Origin: Octopus sinensis | Taxonomy: Eukaryota | DNA length: 64,000 bases | NCBI RefSeq assembly: GCF_006345805.1 | Contig: NC_043006.1 | Coordinates: 48,856,001-48,920,000 of the forward strand | Direction of reading: 5' to 3' | In this document: positions 25,114 through 38,429 of the stretch, one piece after another | How positions within the stretch are numbered: position 1 is the stretch's first letter | Layout: every line of letters starts with the position of its first letter | Made by a program: the position numbers and the translations under genes | The notes under the pieces: model-generated | The model's input: only the letters and a program-made list of their open reading frames with translations | Told to the model about the DNA's origin: nothing | The model's database searches: none

Positions 25114-25433
25114 TTACATCTGAAAATATTATATTAAACTCAGAACATAACGGCAGACGAAATACCGCTAAGCATTTCACCTGGCATGCTAATGTTTCTG
25201 CCAGCTCGCTGCATTTACATCTGAAAATATTATATTAAACTCAGAACATAACGGCAGACGAAATACCGCTAAGCATTTCACCTGGCATGCTAATGTTTCT
25301 GCCAGCTCGCTGCATTTACATCTGAAAATATTATATTAAACTCAGAACATAACGGCAGACGAAATACCGCTAAGCATTTCACCTGACATGCTAATGTTTC
25401 TGCCAGCTCGCTGCATTTACATCTGAAAATATT
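25114..25433. repeat. 101-bp tandem triplication of a SINE B fragment bounded by a 17-bp direct repeat
   Basis: tacatctgaaaatatt at 25115, 25216, 25317 and 25418. Confidence 0.95.
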
Positions 25434-25614
25434 GCTTTGGTATCATTTATTATTATTATTCAGCTGAGGTTAACTTTATTTTTCATCCTATTTGGGGACA
25501 ATTAAACAAATACCAGTTGAGTGCTGGAGTTGTACTAAAATTTGAAATCATTATTATTATTAGAAAATTGCTATTTTTAAATCTCACAACGAGAGGTATT
25601 CAGCAACAGTACTT

Positions 25615-25885
25615 TGTAGTAAAGATTCTTTGCCAACATAACATGGCAGTCCTGGTTTAGGGCAAATGTTGCTGTAATTTAGCCCCAAGAGACATTGTCT
25701 CCAGCTGGCTATACAACATGATCTGTGTTCTTTCGAACAAGGGAACCTAGCACCCCCAATCGAAATATAAGGACACAGATCATGTCATATAGCCAGCTGG
25801 AGATGATATCTTCTGGGCCTAAATTACAGCAACATTCATCCTAAACCAGGACTGCCATCTTAATTGGAAAACAATCTTTACTACA
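25615..25885. repeat. foldback element (arms about 115 bp, spacer about 35 bp)
   Basis: gtagtaaagatt...catgatctgtgttctt is mirrored by aaggacacagatcatg...aatctttactac. Confidence 0.9.
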
Positions 25886-25896
25886 TTATTATTATA

Positions 25897-25930
<34 letters not shown>

Positions 25931-26544
25931 GATATTAGGTTTTCTGCTGTTGGACACCCTGCCTGTCACTGGTGTTCACCTTTTTCCAAGTAGGATATTG
26001 TTACCTGCCACCCACGGCCAGACTGGTTTCCACAGAATATTGGAAATGGTTGACACTGCTAGTATGACAGTGACACTCATTTATGACAAGCATACAATGT
26101 CTGGAAAAGGAGACAGCACAAACATACATACTCATGTACATACGTATGAGTAGCCATGTAGCTCCTCCACAACAAAAACAGGCTCTACCACCAACCTCTT
26201 TCCTCACACCCTAACACCCCCCCCATCTAACATAAGGACACACCACTCCAATTAAGGTTTCGTAGACTTGTAAGTTATATGGTAACCTCACGAGTGCCAG
26301 TGGTATAAAAAAAACAAAATCATCCAGTACACACTGGGAAGTGGTTGGCATTAGGAAGGGCATCAGGACATAGAAATTATACTCAAGTAGACACTGGAAC
26401 AGGATGTAGTTCTTGGATCTGTTGGATCCTGTCAAACTATCCAATCCAGCATAGAACATGGACATCCATTGGTGGTTGGGGGATAAAATATAGAAGTACT
26501 GGGATTGATATAACTGACTAACCTCACGCCCCTTGTGCCTAAAC

Positions 26545-27110
26545 CAAAAATCCATTATTATTATTGAGTGAGAGAGCAGTGCATGAACATCAAAGTGACA
26601 CTGGGGTAAAATATATGAGATCCAATATACCTGTCATGATTACCTGTCTGATAAGGGTACACCAGGTACATGCATCACAACCATATGTGTGCAACATGGT
26701 GATCTTACATCAAGCTAAACAGCACATGACCTTGTTAGAATTTGTTTCAGGTCAAGTAACCCATCCTAGTCAAAAGGTCCTTCAATAAGAGTTGTTTAAA
26801 GATGTTGAATGAAACACCCATGTTTCCAGACGTGGATTATTCAAACCCCAAAGAATCCCTCTCGACACATGGCTATGATGCTCCCCAACTACTTCTGCTC
26901 GTGATCAGAGATGCACATATTATCAGCCACCAAAGGAATGCTCAACTGGTTAAGGTCAAACAACTGACAAGCAAATCTCTGGTATTGAGAAAAATATTTG
27001 TTGTAGCCCATCTTTTATACCAAGACAAAACAATGTACATGATAACACTTCCAATCAGTTAAGATCAGCAGCCATGAGAATCACTGGCTAGTATTGTATC
27101 AGGGCATTAT
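26545..27110. mobile_element. unclassified probable retroposon 3' fragment embedded in (ATT)n
   Basis: Complex block bounded on both sides by (ATT)n. Only one copy in the window, so its repeat status cannot be shown from this sequence. Confidence 0.35.
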
Positions 27111-27644
27111 TATTATTATTATTACTATTATTATTATTATTGTTATTATTATTATTATTATAACATTACTATTATTGGATGTTCTTTAATTTGTTGTGGC
27201 CTTTAAAGTTAAGGCATCCCAGCACTAACTGAATGACATCAAGCATTCAATTAGAAACATTTAATTGTTAGCACAGGGCTCTTAACTAGAGTCGAATTAA
27301 AATAAATATCTATTTTATTAACAAAACAATTTCTCAAAAACCAAAAAGAAAGCGAAGGGAGGAAAAAAGCCTTTACGTTATTAAACGCACTAAAATGATG
27401 TACTTTTGAAAAGTTATGTCCCTTGATGTAGATAAAAAGTTATCTCCCTTAGTACCTTCCCATCTGACGAAACAAACTCTATTAGTTTATTTATACGATA
27501 AGATACAAATGAAATAAAAGGATTTTATTGCCAATTTATAATTTTTACTAACTGAAAACTTTTAACACCCGCTATTTTCAAATTAGATATTTGAATTGTA
27601 CATCTAGCAAAATTGGCAAACTGCTAAAGAAAAAAAAAAGGGCT

Positions 27645-27808
27645 CCGTATTTGATGGCTTGAAAGACGCACGGGCATATTAAACGCACCCTAATTTCAGC
27701 AGCGCATATTCATGTAACATAGGTGTGGTCATTGGAGACATTTCCGTCTTTTTTTTTCTTTTTTTTTTCCGAAAAAAAAAGGTGCATTTTATATACTACC
27801 AAATACGG
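27645..27808. mobile_element. pogo/Tc2-like MITE
   Basis: Ends CCGTATTTG...CAAATACGG with subterminal gacgcac/gtgcat. Confidence 0.6.
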
Positions 27809-28926
27809 CATTTCATTGCAAGAACATCTTTGATTAATGGGTCTGTTGATATAACTAAGCTGTAGGGTGAACACCAAACACTACATCACAGTAAGTGGAT
27901 CTTGTGAAATTTTTTTTCCCAACCACTTGAAGTATTTAAAATTTTTCTCTAGATATGTTTTTCAAATTTTCTATGCACATGTAACTTCATTAATTTCGAG
28001 AAAAAAAAAAGGAAAAAAATGAATGCGATTTTCGCCATTAGCGTGCAAAACTACATTTTTTTAAAAATCTGGTGATAATTCGAAATACCGCAAATGGTTG
28101 GAAGAAATTTAACAATATCACAATACACTACGACGAATGAAAGGGAGATGGGGGGGGGGGGATAGAGAGAGAGAGATCTACGAAGCCAACAAGAAATTAC
28201 AACTAAATCTCTCTCAATGTAATCCTAGACACACTTGTGTATGATTAAAAATAGTAAATTTGATTGGCTTCAAGTCAATGGTTATTTTTGCCGTATTATA
28301 TTGTAAACAACTTAGGGCAGACTGTGACACATTTATTTCTTATTAAAATTAGAATCGGCATTACACAATTGGAGGTAAGTGTAAAATAGAATATTGTTGA
28401 GAATTAAATGTTAAGACAGGTGTTACACAATTAAATTTCTTGTTACTCATGTTAAGGCGGCGGGCTGGCAGACTCGTTAAAGTGTCAGGAACAAAAAAAA
28501 AAAAGAAAAATGCTTTGCAGTATTTGTTTTTTGTTTTTTTTACGTTCTGGGTTCAAATCCCGCCAAGGTCAACAACTTTGCCTTTCATTTCTCAAGGATG
28601 TCGATAAAATAAAGTGCCAGTGTACCAGTCAAGTACTGCAGTCGATGGTTTTAACTTAATCCCTTCCACGGAAAACTACTGGGCTTATGTCTAAATTGGA
28701 AACTAACGTTGTTGGTGTTAAATATCTATGCTTAACATCTAAATGTAAAAACAGGTGTTCATTGGAATTAAATAACATACTATTTAAAGATTACGAATTA
28801 ATTGACTCTGTATGAATATTTATAGATTAAAGACTTGTAGTTAAACACTTTGTGGAGATGGCAATCATTATCCCATGACAGTATTTTTGTATCTAACGAA
28901 CAACTTCGTGTGTGTGTGTGTGTGTA

Positions 28927-29720
28927 TCATATCATCATCATCATCATTTAACTGCTTTCCATGCTAGCATGGGTTGAACGATTTGACTGAGGTCTGACGA
29001 ACCAGATGGCTGCACCAGACTCCAATCTGATCTGGCAGAGTTTCTACAGCTGGATGCCCTTCCTAATGCCAACCACTCTGAGAGTGTAGTGGATGCTTTT
29101 ACGTGCCACCGGCACAAGGGCCAGTCAGGCGGTACTGGCAACAGCCATGCTCAAATGGTGCTTTTTATGTGCCACCTGCACAGGAGCCAGTCCAGCGGCA
29201 CTGGCAACGACCTTGCTCAAATGTTTTTTCACGTGCCACCAGCACAAGTGCCAGTAAGGCGACGCAGGTAATGATCACGCTCAAATAGTGTTTTTAACGT
29301 GCCATCGGCACGGAGGCTAGCTTGTTGCTCTAGCAACAATCTCACTCACATATATATATAGTCAGGGCCGATGCCAGTGCCGCCTGACCGACGCCCATGC
29401 TAGTGGCACGTAATAAGCATCATTCAAGCATGGGTCAATGCCAGTGCCGCCTGACTGGCTCCCCGTGTCGGTGGCATATAAAAAGCACCATCCGAACGTG
29501 GTCGATACCAGTGCCCACCCCACCAGACTGGTTCCTGTGCCAGTGGCATGTAAAAAGCACCCACTACACTCTCGGAGTGGTTGGCTTTGGGAAGGGCGTC
29601 CAGCTGTAGAAACCTTGCAGATCAGATAGGAACCTTGTGCAGCCTACTGGTTTGCCAGTCCTCAGTCAAACCGTCCAACCCATGTCAGCATGGAAAATGG
29701 ACATTAAATGAGGATGATGA
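28927..29720. mobile_element. two RTE 3'-UTR copies in head-to-head inverted arrangement
   Basis: Minus copy about 28927-29345 and plus copy about 29360-29720, both with ggttggc.ttaggaagggcatccagc-type sequence and (ATG)n-type tails. Confidence 0.85.
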
Positions 29721-30028
29721 TACACACACACACACACAAAAATTAATCTGAATTATCACCAGTGTCTTATGAAAAGCTATGGGAAACTCTGAGGAGCAGT
29801 TTGTGATTCAATGAAATAGCATTTTGCTCTACTTTTCCCACCTAGTCCTGCACCTATGTACTCACTTGTGTTTGTGTGTATGTTTATATATATGTGTGTG
29901 TGTATGTATGTATATGAATATAGAGGCAATGACTGCTGACCAAGACCTTTGGCGATGTGCTGTGCTTGAGAGGACCTGTCAAGCCAAATGCACTTGTGTT
30001 AGTGGCACGTAAAGAACATCTTTTGAAC

Positions 30029-30259
30029 GTTGGGCCTCACAGAGGCAAAGTGGCTGAGTTCCTTTCAAGTGTTAAGCCTCATGGAGGCAAAGTGGCTGAG
30101 TTCCTTTCGAGTGTTGGGCCTCATGTAGGCAAAGTGGCTGAGTTCCTTTCAAGTGTTGGGCTTCATGGAGACAAAGTGACTGAGTTCTTTTCAAGTGTTG
30201 GGCCTCATGGAGGCAAAGTGGCTGAGTTCCTTTCAAGTGTTGGGCCTCACAGAGGCAAT
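30029..30259. repeat. 42-bp tandem repeat (five units plus a partial) inside an RTE-UTR-like fragment
   Basis: gcaaagtggctgagttcctttcaagtgttgggcctcatggag-type units at 30045, 30087, 30129, 30171, 30213. Confidence 0.92.
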
Positions 30260-30709
30260 GACCAAAACCTTTGACATTATATTGTGCTTGAGAAGAAAAC
30301 TCATCATGCCAAGCAAAATCACAGTTGTGGCAGATATATATATATAACAACATATATATATATCTACCCCAGGACTTATTCTTTGTAAACCTTGGCGTTA
30401 GGAAGGGCATCCAGCTGTAGAAACACTGCCAGATCAGACTGGAGCCTGGTGCAGCCCCTGGCTTCCCAGACCCCGGTCGAACCGTCCAACCCGTGCTAGC
30501 GCGGAAAACGGACATATGATGATGATGATGATGATATAGATATAACATACAAGGCATATAGATATATATATATATATAGCAACATATATATAACAACATA
30601 CAAGGCATTCTATCCAACACTATTGATCCTGCCAATCCGCCTTTGCACAAGTTCATAAAATTAGATACCAATATAATGAAGACTATATTTAAGAAAGATT
30701 GAAACTTAC

Positions 30710-30839
30710 TTCAAAGTTGCCTAGGAGACAGTTAGTTGATGCTGGTGCACTGGTGCTGAATGTTTTTTGGTTGTTTTCTTTATTATCTATTTCATCACAG
30801 GAGCTAGACTTTACCACTAATTTGGAGCAAGACAAGGCA
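30710..30839 (-). CDS. ATOSA: ATOSA exon ALSCSKLVVKSSSCDEIDNKENNQKTFSTSAPASTNCLLGNFE
   Basis: ttttaccag| acceptor, |gtaagt donor; 130 nt, phase 2/0; SAP...LLGNFE motif. Confidence 0.93.
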
Positions 30840-31629
30840 CTGGTAAAAAAAAAGAAAGAAAGAAAAATTTAATAAAAAACATAAAAAAGCGGCGCTATAT
30901 ATGTTAGGATTAATTATTTTTTAGATTTTTCAATTTATTTATATATTGTTATTATTATTATGTTTTAAGGTGGCAAGCAAGCACAGTTGGACAAATGCAT
31001 ACTCTTTTACTTGTTTACTGTGGCCATGCTGGATAACCGCCTTTAGTCGAGCAAATCTACCCCAGGACTTATTCTTTGTAAGCCTAGTACTTATTCTATC
31101 AGTCTCTTTTACCAAGCTGCTAAGTTACAGGGACATAAACACACAACCATCGGTTGTCAAGTGATGTTGGTAGGGACAAACAGACACACAAACATATACA
31201 CACACATACATATACAACGGGCTTCTTCCAGTTTCCATCTGCCAAATCCACTCTCAAGGCTTTGGTCGGCCCAAAGTTATAGTAGAAGACACTTGCCCAA
31301 GGTGCCACACAGTGGGACTGAACCTGAGACCATGTGGTTGGTAAGCGAGCTACTTACCACGCAACCACTCCTGCACCCAATATTTCTTTTGGCTCATTTA
31401 GTTCAAATTCTGCCAAGATCAATTTTCGCCTTTCATCCTTTCGGGGTCAATAAAGTAAGTACCAGTCAAGTAATGAAGTGGGTGTAATTGACTAACCCCA
31501 TCTCCCCAAAATTTCAGGCCTTGTGCCTATAGCAGAGAGTTATTATGCTTTGGGTTTTGCTTTAATTTATACAAGTTGTACACATGTCTCAACCAGAGAC
31601 ATCAAGGAATAACAGGATTTTGCATCTAA

Positions 31630-31915
31630 AGATGCTCTCTCTCTCTTTCTCTCCTCTCACTCTTTATCCCCCTGCTCTCTTTCTTTCTCTCCTTCTCTCG
31701 TTTTCTCCTCTTCTCTCCCTCTCCTTCTCTTTCCCTTTCTCTCTCTCCCCTCCTCTCTCTCTCCTCTTCTCTCTCTTTCTCTCATTCTATCTCTTTCTCC
31801 CCTTCTCTCTCTCCTTTCTCTCTTTCTCCCCTTCTCCCTCTCTGTCTCTCCCTTTTCTCTCTTTTTCTCCCCTTCACTTTCTCTTTTCCTCCCCCTCTCT
31901 CTCTTTCTCCCTCCC
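31630..31915. repeat. degenerate (CT)n polypyrimidine tract
   Basis: Almost only C and T. Confidence 0.93.
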
Positions 31916-33900
31916 TATATATACATATACAAGAGGCTTCTTTCAGTTTCTGTCCACCAAATCTACTGTGAAGGCTTTGGTTGACCTGGATCTACCGTAG
32001 AAGACACTCGGCAAAGTTGCCACACAGTGGGACTGAACTCAAAGGTATGTAATTCGGTAAGTTTTACAAATTCTAGGAGGCGTAGAAGTGGCTGTGTGGT
32101 AAGTAGCTTGCTTACAAACCACATGGTTCCTGGTTCAGTCTCACTGCGTGGCACCTTGGGCAAGTGTCTTCTACTATAGCCTCAGGCCAACCAAAGCCTT
32201 GCGAGTGGATTCAGTAGACAGAAACTGAAAGAAGCCCATCATATATATGTATATATATATGTGTATGTGTGTGTATATGTTTGTCCCCCCCAACATCACT
32301 TGACAACCGATGCTGGTGTGTTTACGTCCCAGTAATTTAGCAGTTCGGCAAAAGAGACTGATAGAATAAGTACTAGGCTTACAAAGAATAAGTCCTGAGG
32401 TCGATTTGCTTGACTAAAGGCGGTGCTCCAGCATGGCCACAGTCAAATGACTAAAACAAGTAAAAGAGTAAATTAAAACATGCATTTTATGTTTGTGCAC
32501 ACATGCATGTGTGCATGTGCAGCCCGCAGCAAATATTGCACTCACATCTTAACCCCTTAGCATTCAAATTACGTTGTTAAATGTAATGCTTGTTTATTCA
32601 TGCCAAGCAAAATGCTTAGCAGCATTTCGTCCATCTTTACATTCCAAGTTCAAATTCCACCGAGGTCGACTTTGCTTTTCATTTTTTTCAGGATCAATAA
32701 AATAAATAAGCAGCAGAGCTCTGGAGCCAATGTAATTGACTCACTCCTTCACCCAAAATTGCTGGCCTTGTGCCAAACTTTGAAACCATTATTTCGTAGC
32801 TTTAAGATTTCGATGACGTGATTGTTTATTTTTAGGATGACATTGTAAGGTAAGTGTGAGAGGACAGATCTGACCATTTTGAACATAAAACTGGTAGTAT
32901 ATTAAGGCCACATGTAACAGGTGTAATTATTCTGCAGGGTTAAGATTTAATATTTAAATAATGACTCATCTCTTGACACTTTCACCACAAGTGCATCCAC
33001 TTGGGCACTCACATCTCACATATTAAATGTTAGAAATGTACGTGTGCTTATACGCATGTGTAATGGTATTGGATGAGGGGCAACGTTATCAATTTATCCG
33101 TTCTCAATTTATCTGTTCTATAACTGTGATCAAACAGATTGCTCAGTTTGGTAACATCTTTTGATCAATAGAGTGTTTCAAATTTCAAATGAAGTGCTGC
33201 GTTGAAATTGTTGGAGATGTGTGTGTCAGTGTGTGTGGGTGTGTGCATTGTATCTGTGTGTATGTGTGTCCTCTTTCAATAGTTAGACTTTCCTATCAAT
33301 AAACATTCAAGTGAGAAGTTTAAGTAGTTATTGATTTTTTCCAGCTAGATTGATTAAGCTAGATAGTTGGGTACACACACACATATATATATATATATAT
33401 ATGTTTCGCCAAGGAATACAATATACTGATAGAATGATGGTAAACGTAATTTCAACCATACAGTGGTTCACTAGTATTTAGTAACCAAAAATGTTTTTTT
33501 TTTACCTACAGAAATGTTTTTCTCAACATGATGAATATCTTTCATATATACAAACAACAGTAATACAAAAAAAAAAAACAAATTAAAAATCTGTACAGAT
33601 ACAAATTTTAGAGAACAGCAATAAATAAAATATCAAATGTAATCAACAAGTAAATATCTATTTCATCATTATTCTTCAAATACTTTGCAGCATTAAGTTG
33701 TGTTCTATCTGATGTCTATTCTGCCACTACATTCTCACATGTAAACAATGGTGTTTGGCAGGTTTCCGACAAACCCCAGTCTACAGCCCCACATAAAATA
33801 TAAAATTATCATCTAGCATTTATTTAAATTTTGCACTTTTCTGCAAATTAGACACCTAATGGTGGATTCATTTTATTGGGCGAAGGAAAAAAAGGTTTAA

Positions 33901-34120
33901 CCCTTTAGCATTCAGATTATTCTGTAAAATGTAAAGCTTATGTATTCACACCATGTAAAATTAATCTTGCATCATTTCATGGCTTTGAGATTTCAATGAT
34001 GTGATTGTTTATTTTTGAAATGACACTATAAGATAGCTATGAATGACTATATCTGACTAGTTTGAACATAAAATAGGTAGAATATTTTGGCCGGATATGG
34101 CCGGTTTAAGCACTAAAGGG
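33901..34120. mobile_element. piggyBac-type MITE with TTAA TSDs; relatives at 32553-32939 (SINE-interrupted), about 39010-39130 and 47146-47598
   Basis: TTAA|ccctttagca ... cactaaaggg|TTAA; internal sequence shared among the copies. Confidence 0.85.
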
Positions 34121-34699
34121 TTAAGCCTAATACATCACACAGTTTCACACCATACCTTTAGATGCCTTCAGTAGAACTCACTCTTCATCCTGACATGTAT
34201 GTCAGGATGGTTGTCAGCTACATTAATCTCGTTAGGCTGCAAGGAACCTGATATGCATGTCAGGATGGTCATTAGCTACGTGAAGTTTGTCAGGCCTTTT
34301 TTATTTTTTTTCTGTTATAACTTTTATCATGGTACAGCACAGAGTCTACTAGTTTTTTCATATTGATAATGCCAGTGTTAGGAGGCTGAATTTGAACTCA
34401 GAATGCAAAAAGCCATGAACAGATATCACAACACAACTCATCTGAATCCATCACATTGTATTGACTATACTGCTCCTTATTCTACTGGTCTCTTTTGCCA
34501 CACCACTGAATTACAGGGATGTAAACAAACCAACACCAGTTGTCAAGTGGTGGTGGTGGGCAAACACATATACACACACGATGGGCTTTCAGTTTACATC
34601 TTCCAAATTCACTTACCCAAGGCATCACATCATGGAACTGAACCTAAAACCCTGTAGTTGCAAAGAGAGCTTCTTAACCACACAGCTATGTCTGTACCT

Positions 34700-35060
34700 A
34701 TGTATTAAACTCTTTATTCCCAGAGCTATCTTCTGCATCCTTTTTCAATCTCTTGCTCATCAGCAATCTGTGTCCACTCACTATCTGTTCTAACACTGCA
34801 ACAATGGTCACTGCTCCTATGAACTTGCTAACTGCATCCAATTGAAGCCACTTATTTCTCCTGCCTTTCTTCTTCCCTTTTTTCTTCTGCTTCTCGTCTG
34901 CCTCTATATCCCTATTCCTACACCCCATCCCACACAAACGTACTTTGCCCAATAATGTGAGAATACATTCCATACCACCACCATCCCCTGACCTTGTCAG
35001 CAACTTTTATTTAAGAAGAACAAAAACAACATCAAATAAAAGCTTAACTAATCATATTGC
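34700..35060 (+). mobile_element. old CR1-type LINE C-terminal fossil
   Basis: QSLAHQQSVSTHYLF*HCNNGHCSYELANCI resembles the LAHRR.V.SL.LFYRYY.G.CS.EL motif; contains stops and frameshifts. Confidence 0.55.
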
Positions 35061-35769
35061 CGCACTCATCAAACCATCGTCTTATGAGAATGAAGGCATA
35101 TGGCTTAGTGATCAGGATATTTGGCTCATGGTCGTAAGGTCGTGAGTTCAATTCCCAAACACTGCATGTTGTGTCCTTGAGCAAGACACTTTATTTCACA
35201 TTGCTCCAGTTCACTCAGCTGGCAAAAATTAGTAGTACCTGTAATTCAAAGGGCTGGCCTTATCACATTGCGTGTGACGTTGAATATCCCTGAGAACTAT
35301 GTTACAAGTACACATGTCTGTGGAGTACTCAGCCACTTATACCAGAACACTCATTGCCATAACCAGCAGAGTGCCAGTTATTTCTTATCGCTCTAGTCCA
35401 CTTGGCTGGCAAGAAATAAGCCATATCTGTAATTCAAAGGGTTGGCCTTTTCATATTCTGTGTCATGCTGAATCTCCAAGACTTATGTTAAGGGTACGCA
35501 TGTATGTGGAGTACCCAGCCACTTTCATATTAATTCCACGAACCAGATTGTTTTATTGATAGGATCAATTGGAATACTGATGGTCATAATCGACACAGTG
35601 CCAGTTTATCCTTGTGAGAGTTTGGAAAGTGTATGAAGAGAACTCTTTCTTCCCTAAACTAAATTATAGAATAAATAAACACTAACACCACCACCAACAA
35701 CAGTAACAACAACAACAACAACAGCAGAGGCCAAAACATCAACAAAGATCTGAAGTTGTTAAAGTATTA

Positions 35770-36660
35770 AACATTATTCTTTTCTACTCTAGGCACAAGG
35801 CCCAAAATTTTTGAGGAGGGGGGGCCAGTCAATTAGATCAACCCCAGTATGCAACTGGTACTTAATTTCTTGACCCCAAAAGGATGAAAGGCAAAGTCGA
35901 CCTCGGTGGAATTTGAACTCAGAATGTAAAGACAGACGAAATACTGCTAAGCATTTCACCCAGCATGCTAACGTTTCTTATTTCTTTACTGCCCACAAGA
36001 GGCTAAACATAGAGGGGACAAACAAGGAGAGACAAACGGATTAAGTCGATTATATCGACCCCAGTGCGTAACTGGTACTTATTTAATCAACCCCAAAAGG
36101 ATGAAAAGCAAAGTCAACCTCGGTAGAATTTGAACTCAGAATGTAAAGACAGACGAAATACCGCTAAGCATTTCACCCAGCATGCTAACGTTTCTTATTT
36201 CTTTACTGCCCACAAGGGGCTAAACATAGAGGGGACAAACAAGGAGAGATAAACGGATTAAGTCGATTATATCGACCCCAGTGCGTAACTGGTACTTATT
36301 TAATCGACCCCAAAAGGATGAAAAGCAAAGTCAACCTCGGTAGAATTTGAACTCAGAATGTAAAGACAGAAGAAATACTGCTAAGCATTTCACCTGGCAT
36401 GCAAATGTTTCTGCCAGTTCACCACCTTAAGATATATGTATATTCTTTTCTACTCTAGGCACAAGGTTCGAAATTTGGGGGGAGGGGGCCAGTCAATTAG
36501 ATCAACCCCAGTGCGCAACTGGTACTTAATTTATCGACCCTGAAAGGATGAAAGGCAAAGTCGACCTCAGCGGAATTTCAACTCAGAACGTAAATGCAGA
36601 CGAAATACTGCTAAGCATTTCGCCAGGTGTGCTAACATCTCAGCCAACTCACTGCCATAA
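35770..36660 (-). mobile_element. SINE family B concatemer plus an adjacent single copy
   Basis: Four repeats of the core with two alternative 3' tails. Confidence 0.88.
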
Positions 36661-36794
36661 GTATTAAGCATTATTTTGCTATAACAAACAAGCAAACCAG
36701 ACAAGTAGCCTTGTTCCAGTTAATTGTTCACACTCTGAAAATAAAACAGTGTGAATAACTGGGACTTAAGATAAATATAAGATTGCAAGCTTAC

Positions 36795-36865
36795 TTTTTG
36801 ATTGCCTTTGTAGATGTTAATGAACTGTCGTAATCAAACCGGCCGGATTTTTTCTTCACAGGAGC
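36795..36865 (-). CDS. ATOSA: ATOSA exon APVKKKSGRFDYDSSLTSTKAIK(N)
   Basis: ttttcatcag| acceptor, |gtaagc donor; 71 nt, phase 0/2; FDYDSSL motif. Confidence 0.92.
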
Positions 36866-36999
36866 CTGATGAAAATAAACGAATTAATTATTTCATTAAT
36901 TAATTAATTAAACAGAAAGAGAAAAAGCATAATTGAAGATTACTTTTTTTCATCTTTTAACTGCAAAATTAAATTTCATGGTTATTCCAGTAATGATGT

Positions 37000-37036
<37 letters not shown>

Positions 37037-37327
37037 ACATCTGCCAAAAACTGGTCGTTTCTGCAAGTCACATTCTCTTGACAAACTTCACATATCTCAA
37101 AAAAAAAAAAAATGTTTAGAACATGACATTCCTCAATAAAAGATAGATTATATATAAAACTGCTTTCTGCATTTAAGGGTCATGAAATTTTCAATGGATA
37201 TACCTGATTTCCACAGTAAAAGGGTTAAGCAAATGAAAATAATTGTTGTATTCAGTCAATGTACAAACTTTGGGGATATAACCACTTCCTACATGTAGAT
37301 CAACTCTGCAGACAATATACATATATT

Positions 37328-37430
<103 letters not shown>

Positions 37431-37949
37431 CTATCTCTGTCTCTCTCTGTGAACTTGGCACGTTTGTAAGTGTGTGAGTGTAAAAGGGTAAAGACCGCCT
37501 TCGGTCATAAATGATCATGGGATGTTGCACCTAGAAAGTTACCCTCCAAGACACAAGTCTGGACAAGGTTGTTTATGGAAGACCAGCAGTTGCCCATGCC
37601 ACTGATGTTATCCAAAGGAAAGGCAAAGGTCGATACAGCTTGGCATCAGTGATGTCGCAACTCATTTCTACAGCTGAGTGAACTGGAGCCACGTGAAATA
37701 AAGTGTCTTGCTCAAGAACACAACACAGAGCCCAATCCAGGAATTGAACTCACTGCCTCATGATTGCAAGCTCGACACTCTAACCACTGAGCCATGTGCG
37801 TTCATGTGTGTGTGTGTGTGTGTGTAAGTCTGTCTATGTGTTCGCTCTGCAATCACTTCAACATATGACATGTGGCACACCTTGTATACGTACAGGCAAT
37901 CTTGAATTGATGTACAGCACAAATAGAAGAACCCTCACCTGTCATCTAT

Positions 37950-38383
37950 GATCGAAGTGTCCATCGTATAGGTGTGAATGTTTCTGTGCATGTGTGCATA
38001 TATGTGTACGTATTTGTGTTTAGATATGTGTATATATGTATATGCAAACATAGATGTTAGTGAGTGAGCTTGTGTGTGCATGTAGTGTGTATGTAACCAT
38101 ACATATGTGAGAGTATGTGCAAGCATGTGTGTATGAGTGTGTGCATGTGAGTGTGTGTGTGTGTATGTAAACATGCATATGTGTGAGTATGTGCAAGCAT
38201 GTGTCTATTTGCATGTGTGCATATATGAGTGTGTGTGTGCATGTAAACATGCATATGTGAGAGTACGTGCAAGCATGTCTATTTGTGTGTGTGTGTATGA
38301 GTGTGTGTGTGTGCGCGTGTGCACAATGAAGTAGGATCATACTGTTTGCCATTGGCAGAAAATGTGTGTGTGTGTATGTATAT

Positions 38384-38429
<46 letters not shown>

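Noticed and set aside
30029-30259. CRISPR-like array or 14-aa repeat protein (GKVAEFLSSVGPHG)
   Set aside because: Units are contiguous with no unique spacers, the context is eukaryotic, and it lies within a retroelement UTR fragment with no splice support.
31584-32000. 138-aa Leu/Ser/Phe-rich membrane-like ORF
   Set aside because: Translation of a degenerate (CT)n tract running into a SINE.
34698-35003. Lys/Arg-rich 101-aa minus-strand ORF as an ATOSA exon
   Set aside because: No suitable splice sites or similarity; the flanking exons already join in phase; the plus strand reads as a CR1 fossil.
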